Translations under genes and position numbers: made by a program | In this document: piece after piece, positions 28,383 through 32,000 of the stretch | How positions within the stretch are numbered: position 1 is the stretch's first letter | Layout of the letters: the number at the start of each line of letters is the position of its first letter | Notes under the pieces: generated by a model | Seen by the model: the letters and a program-made list of their open reading frames with translations, nothing else | Databases searched by the model: none | Told to the model about the DNA's origin: nothing | NCBI RefSeq assembly: GCF_000341395.1 | Contig: NC_020304.1 | Span: 1,110,001 to 1,142,000 of the forward strand | DNA length: 32,000 bases | Origin: Desulfocapsa sulfexigens DSM 10523 | Lineage (GTDB): Bacteria > Desulfobacterota > Desulfobulbia > Desulfobulbales > Desulfocapsaceae | Direction: 5' to 3'

Positions 28383-28869
28383 CTATCTTTTTCCCAACAT
28401 TTAAGGGTAATACTGCAACTTTTCGTCCTTTAAGATCGGCCAAACTCTTAATATCATCAGTTGCCTCCCTTACGAAAATAACAACAGCAAAAGTTTCCAC
28501 CGGTATTGTAAAATCTGAGTCGATTAAACGCTTGACCGTAATACCTGAATTAGGAATAAGATCTGCTGTTCCATTGAGCAATGCATTGGATGCATCAACC
28601 CAGCTCTTCTCAGCACGGTAAACAACCTTGAGATTGGCAAGCCGGGCCACCTGAGCCAATACATCAATAGCAAATCCTGCAGGTTTCCCCTTTTCATCCA
28701 AAAAGCATTGCGGTGGAAAATTCTCAGGAAAGACTGCAACAACTTCATTGTACTCTTTGGGGTGATTCTGGTTCGCGTTGGCAGAAATTATTGGAAGAAA
28801 AAAGAGAAAAGAGAAGAGAAGGCACCAGGAAGAAATGAAGAATAAAAGATTACGATTTACCATAGGCAT
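28345..28869 (-). CDS. N-terminal fragment of the same kinase gene (signal peptide + first lobe of the family-3 solute-binding domain), separated by a frameshift
   Basis: MPMVNRNLLFFISSWCLLFSFLFFLPIISANA is followed by VVAVFPENFPPQCFLDEKGKPAGFAIDVLAQVARL...DLKGRKVAVLPLNVGKKIVDG. It ends 13 codons after an A8 run (T8 on the plus strand, 28366-28373). The start is ambiguous among 28980, 28869 and 28863. Confidence 0.7.
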   Translation of the reverse strand: MPMVNRNLLFFISSWCLLFSFLFFLPIISANANQNHPKEYNEVVAVFPENFPPQCFLDEKGKPAGFAIDVLAQVARLANLKVVYRAEKSWVDASNALLNGTADLIPNSGITVKRLIDSDFTIPVETFAVVIFVREATDDIKSLADLKGRKVAVLPLNVGKKIVDGQKKYNGSGL

Positions 28870-29124
28870 GCCCGATGAAGTTTCAAAACTGGTCATGAGA
28901 GCAACAAATTTCACAATGTCATGTATTAATGCTCTCATAAAAAAGTAGACCCCGTCAAGAAGATAATGGCGCAGGAGCAAACCGATCTGTCAAGGCAATT
29001 TCGAAGCTGAGATACCTGTTTCGGCCCTGTTTGACAATACTTTCAAGCCTATGATAGACTCAAATGATCTAAGCATGGTTACTATGAAGTAAATTGCCAA
29101 CTCTCCATTGCTGTTTTTGGGTTT

Positions 29125-31410
29125 ATGAAAATACGCACCCTTCTCATTATGGGCTTCCTGGCTCTGGCATTTACCCCCTTGCTGCTCTTTATTGGCTTGA
29201 ATATGCCCCGCGTTTTGAGTCAGTTTAAAACTGCTGATGAAACCAAACAGCTCTTGTTGATTCAGCGTAATGCCCATGAAATCAACATGACTCTTAAGTG
29301 GGATGCCAACAGCCTGAAGTCCCTGAGTTATAATATGGGGGCTATCGAGCTTGCTGGAAGTCTATCGTCGGATTTATCTCAAAAGACGTTGCACGAACGA
29401 GTCGGGAAGATGGTTGTTCGATGGTATCAGGATTATCCGGAAGTATCATCCATCCAACTTTTCAATCAACGGGGAACAGAACAGTTTATTGTTCGACGTG
29501 AACAGAATGGTATCCTGACACCATTCCCACCAAGGAGCAACACCATACCTCCCCCGTCTCTACTGAACCAGGCAGACATTCATTCCAGCGGAGATGTGTA
29601 TATCTCCGGTTTTAAGTGGGACGAAACAACGGGAACGTATCAATATCCCCAGATGTCTCTTGGGGTAGTTTTGAAGAAACAGGATGAATACGCCGGTTTT
29701 GCTGTCCTTTCCATCGATCTCTCCCACCTGCTGAAAAACGAATCCGGGCATCTTGCCATATATAACAAACGAACCAATAGATACACTGTTCCTGGTGTAA
29801 GCAATACAAGGGGAGAGGAACTGTTGCTCCCGCCGGGCCTGCTCTTTCCTAACGAGGCAACTTTAATCAAGGATCAACATGGAGAGGGTATGGCCCTTGT
29901 GCCACTTTTCACCAATGAACATTCTTTTGAAAATGTTTTGTTTACCTACCCTGTGGAGATAAGTAGTACCATGGTGTGGGTTGATAAATGGCGAAAACAG
30001 GTTCTCATTTTATTTGCTACCTTACTGCTGTGTATCTGTTTTGCCGCTGTCAAGATCTCCATGGTACTTGATCGTTTCGTCAAAGAGTTACTCTCTGCCT
30101 TTCAGGATCTGCTTCATCAGAAAAAGGCCATGAACTTCCCCTGCTCCGGCCCGGATGAGGTGCGAAAACTGAGTCTCAGCCTGAACACTCTTTCCCTTCA
30201 GTACCTTGAGAGTCTGCATTCACAGGAACGCATGCTGGAGAAAACCAAAGAGATGGAAAATGAGTTGAGACAATCACAGAAGATGAAAGCCATTGGGTTG
30301 CTGGCCGGTGGCGTGGCACATGATTTAAATAATATTCTCTCGGGAATAGTCAGTTATCCACAACTTCTGCTTCTGCAGCTTCCCGAAGATAATGAATTAC
30401 GTGGTCCAATTCTTGAGATTCAACGATCAGGCGAAAGAGCCGCTGCAGTGGTGGCGGACCTGCTCACCGTTGCCCGTGGCGTTGCCAGTAAAAAAGAATG
30501 TGCTGATCTCAACACCCTTATCCAGGAATATTTTGATTCACCGGAACACAAAACACAGAAAAAAAATTACCAGAATGTACTCTGTTCCGTGAATCTATCC
30601 GAAGAAAGCCTTCCCATTAGCTGCTCTCCTGTTCATTTAAAGAAAACACTCATGAATCTAATGATTAATGCTGCCGAGTCCATCCCGGCAGAAGGAGAGA
30701 TTATTGTAGAAACAAAGAAGGTACAGTTTTGCAATAAAGATATTCTCGGTTCAAATCTGGCACCTGGTAGTTATGCACTTCTCCAGATCAAAGACACAGG
30801 GCCAGGGATAGCGGAAAAGGATCTGAAACATATTTTTGAACCCTTCTATAGTAAAAAGAAGATGGGACGGAGTGGCACAGGACTCGGCCTGACAGTGGTT
30901 TGGAATACGATGAACGACCATGAAGGCAGGGTCAAGGTTATGAGCAGCGAAGAAGGAAGCTGTTTTGAACTCTATTTTCCGCTGTATCTGGAAGGACAGA
31001 ACGCCACTCCTGAAAAAACTGAAGAAACTGAGTTGCAGGGGAATGGAGAACGTATTCTGATCATTGACGATGAAGCGTTGCAAAGGGACCTTGGCTCGAG
31101 AATACTCGATATCTACGGCTATCATGTCGATGCGGTTGCTTCCGGGGAAGAAGCTGTCCAATTTCTAAAAGACCATGAGTGTGATTTGTTGATCCTGGAT
31201 ATGATAATGGAACCGGGTATGGATGGCTATGCAACTTTTCTGGAAATAGTGAAGATTCGTCCTCAGCAGAAGGCTGTTATTGTTAGTGGGTTCTCAGCTA
31301 GTCAGGCAGTTGAGAAAACGCAGAAACTTGGCGCAGGGGAACTATTAAAGAAACCATACTCTCCTGAAGCTCTAGCCCTTGCAGTGAAGAATGCTTTGCA
31401 GCAGAAATAG
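29125..31410 (+). CDS. hybrid sensor histidine kinase (TM - Cache-like periplasmic domain - TM - HisKA - HATPase_c - REC)
   Basis: The 761-aa product has the H-box RQSQKMKAIGLLAGGVAHDLNNIL, plus DTGPGIA and GTGLGLT. The REC is ILIIDDE...LLILDMIMEPGMDG...KP. Confidence 0.9.
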   Translation: MKIRTLLIMGFLALAFTPLLLFIGLNMPRVLSQFKTADETKQLLLIQRNAHEINMTLKWDANSLKSLSYNMGAIELAGSLSSDLSQKTLHERVGKMVVRWYQDYPEVSSIQLFNQRGTEQFIVRREQNGILTPFPPRSNTIPPPSLLNQADIHSSGDVYISGFKWDETTGTYQYPQMSLGVVLKKQDEYAGFAVLSIDLSHLLKNESGHLAIYNKRTNRYTVPGVSNTRGEELLLPPGLLFPNEATLIKDQHGEGMALVPLFTNEHSFENVLFTYPVEISSTMVWVDKWRKQVLILFATLLLCICFAAVKISMVLDRFVKELLSAFQDLLHQKKAMNFPCSGPDEVRKLSLSLNTLSLQYLESLHSQERMLEKTKEMENELRQSQKMKAIGLLAGGVAHDLNNILSGIVSYPQLLLLQLPEDNELRGPILEIQRSGERAAAVVADLLTVARGVASKKECADLNTLIQEYFDSPEHKTQKKNYQNVLCSVNLSEESLPISCSPVHLKKTLMNLMINAAESIPAEGEIIVETKKVQFCNKDILGSNLAPGSYALLQIKDTGPGIAEKDLKHIFEPFYSKKKMGRSGTGLGLTVVWNTMNDHEGRVKVMSSEEGSCFELYFPLYLEGQNATPEKTEETELQGNGERILIIDDEALQRDLGSRILDIYGYHVDAVASGEEAVQFLKDHECDLLILDMIMEPGMDGYATFLEIVKIRPQQKAVIVSGFSASQAVEKTQKLGAGELLKKPYSPEALALAVKNALQQK

Positions 31411-31591
31411 AAGATTGAAAGTGAGTACTAGTTGTGTAAAAATGTTGATCTTGTACTGTTAGAAATAGTGATATCCCAGGAATCAATTCCCTGAGTCACA
31501 CCATATTCGATAAATATTCAGTCAGGTAATACCAGCACACGCGGAGTATCTGATTGTATAGTACGTTTAGCTAGCCTGGATAACCGGTAAG

Positions 31592-32000
31592 ATGGAGAGT
31601 AAAGAACAGAAGACAACCTTAGCTGTGGCCACGGTTACCGCCTTTATGGCACCATTCATGATATCTTCGACCAACGTGGCCCTACCGGTCATTGGCAATG
31701 ACTTTCATGTGAATGCCGTATTGCTCGGCTGGGTTGCCACCTCCTATCTACTCGCCACAGCCGTTTTCCTTTTGCCGGCCGGCAAATATGCCGACTTACA
31801 CGGCCGCCGCAAGATATTTATGATCGGTATAGCCTTATTCACCCTGGGCGCACTTGGTGGTATGGCTGCAAATGGTATCGTTTTCTTCATCGCCACCCGG
31901 GTTCTCCAGGGCATGGGAGCGGCTATGTTCTTGACCACGGGAATGGCTATTCTCACCGCTACCTATCCACCACAAAGACGTGGTTGGGCCATCGGTATTC
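31592..32000 (+). CDS. MFS transporter (DHA2/EmrB-like), N-terminal 136 codons; continues beyond the window
   Basis: Hand translation from the ATG at 31592 gives MESKEQKTTLAVATVTAFMAPFMISSTNVALPVIGNDFHVNAVLLGWVATSYLLATAVFLLPAGKYADLHGRRKIFMIGIALF...RVLQGMGAAM...PPQRRGWAIGI. It contains the MFS motif A (G..aD..GRRk) and the DHA motif. Confidence 0.85.
   Translation, partial: MESKEQKTTLAVATVTAFMAPFMISSTNVALPVIGNDFHVNAVLLGWVATSYLLATAVFLLPAGKYADLHGRRKIFMIGIALFTLGALGGMAANGIVFFIATRVLQGMGAAMFLTTGMAILTATYPPQRRGWAIGI

Noticed and set aside
28990-29277. 95-aa minus-strand ORF
   Set aside because: It overlaps the start of the 29125-31410 kinase antisense and has no support.

Overview
This looks like a chromosomal segment from a two-component-rich, Desulfobacterota-like genome; that taxon is only inferred from protein style. 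Positions 1-16031 are almost entirely minus-strand. They hold the 5' part of an F-type ATPase beta gene that looks like the alternate N-ATPase type and sits first behind its own promoter, then a short stand-alone receiver and a cytoplasmic PAS-PAS-PAS hybrid histidine kinase (HK). Next comes a 4.4 kb co-directional island of small envelope/stress-type genes: two coiled-coil paralogues, a 2-TM protein, lmo0937-like and Thivi_2564-like micro-membrane proteins, a repeat lipoprotein, a 134-aa aeRF1-like protein, a triple-BON protein and an ABM-fold protein. This is followed by alpha-glucan phosphorylase, a DUF1207 outer-membrane-type protein, a small secreted protein behind a good sigma54 promoter, and a PAS-containing sigma54 activator. 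Positions 16.4-31.4 kb form a sensory block. It has an MCP, a secreted protein made of two tandem PF04392-type solute-binding modules coupled to a Cache-HAMP-PAS hybrid HK, an HK preceded by a PhnD-like binding protein, an HK with an N-terminal family-3 binding domain, and another Cache hybrid HK. A partial MFS transporter ends the window. All five kinases share a near-identical H-box (KMEAIGTLAGGIAHDFNNIL type). The most notable observations are three different periplasmic binding-protein classes wired to paralogous kinase cores, two of them disrupted (an in-frame TAA and a frameshift at an A8 run). There is also a tandemly duplicated small-gene module with reciprocal decay and a 32-nt perfectly conserved non-coding leader, two sigma54-type promoters each with a perfect palindrome about 100-115 nt upstream, and several gene relics. 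I found no tRNA, rRNA, CRISPR, IS or phage genes. The ORF track omits ORFs truncated by the window edge and ORFs under 60 aa, so I translated several features by hand.
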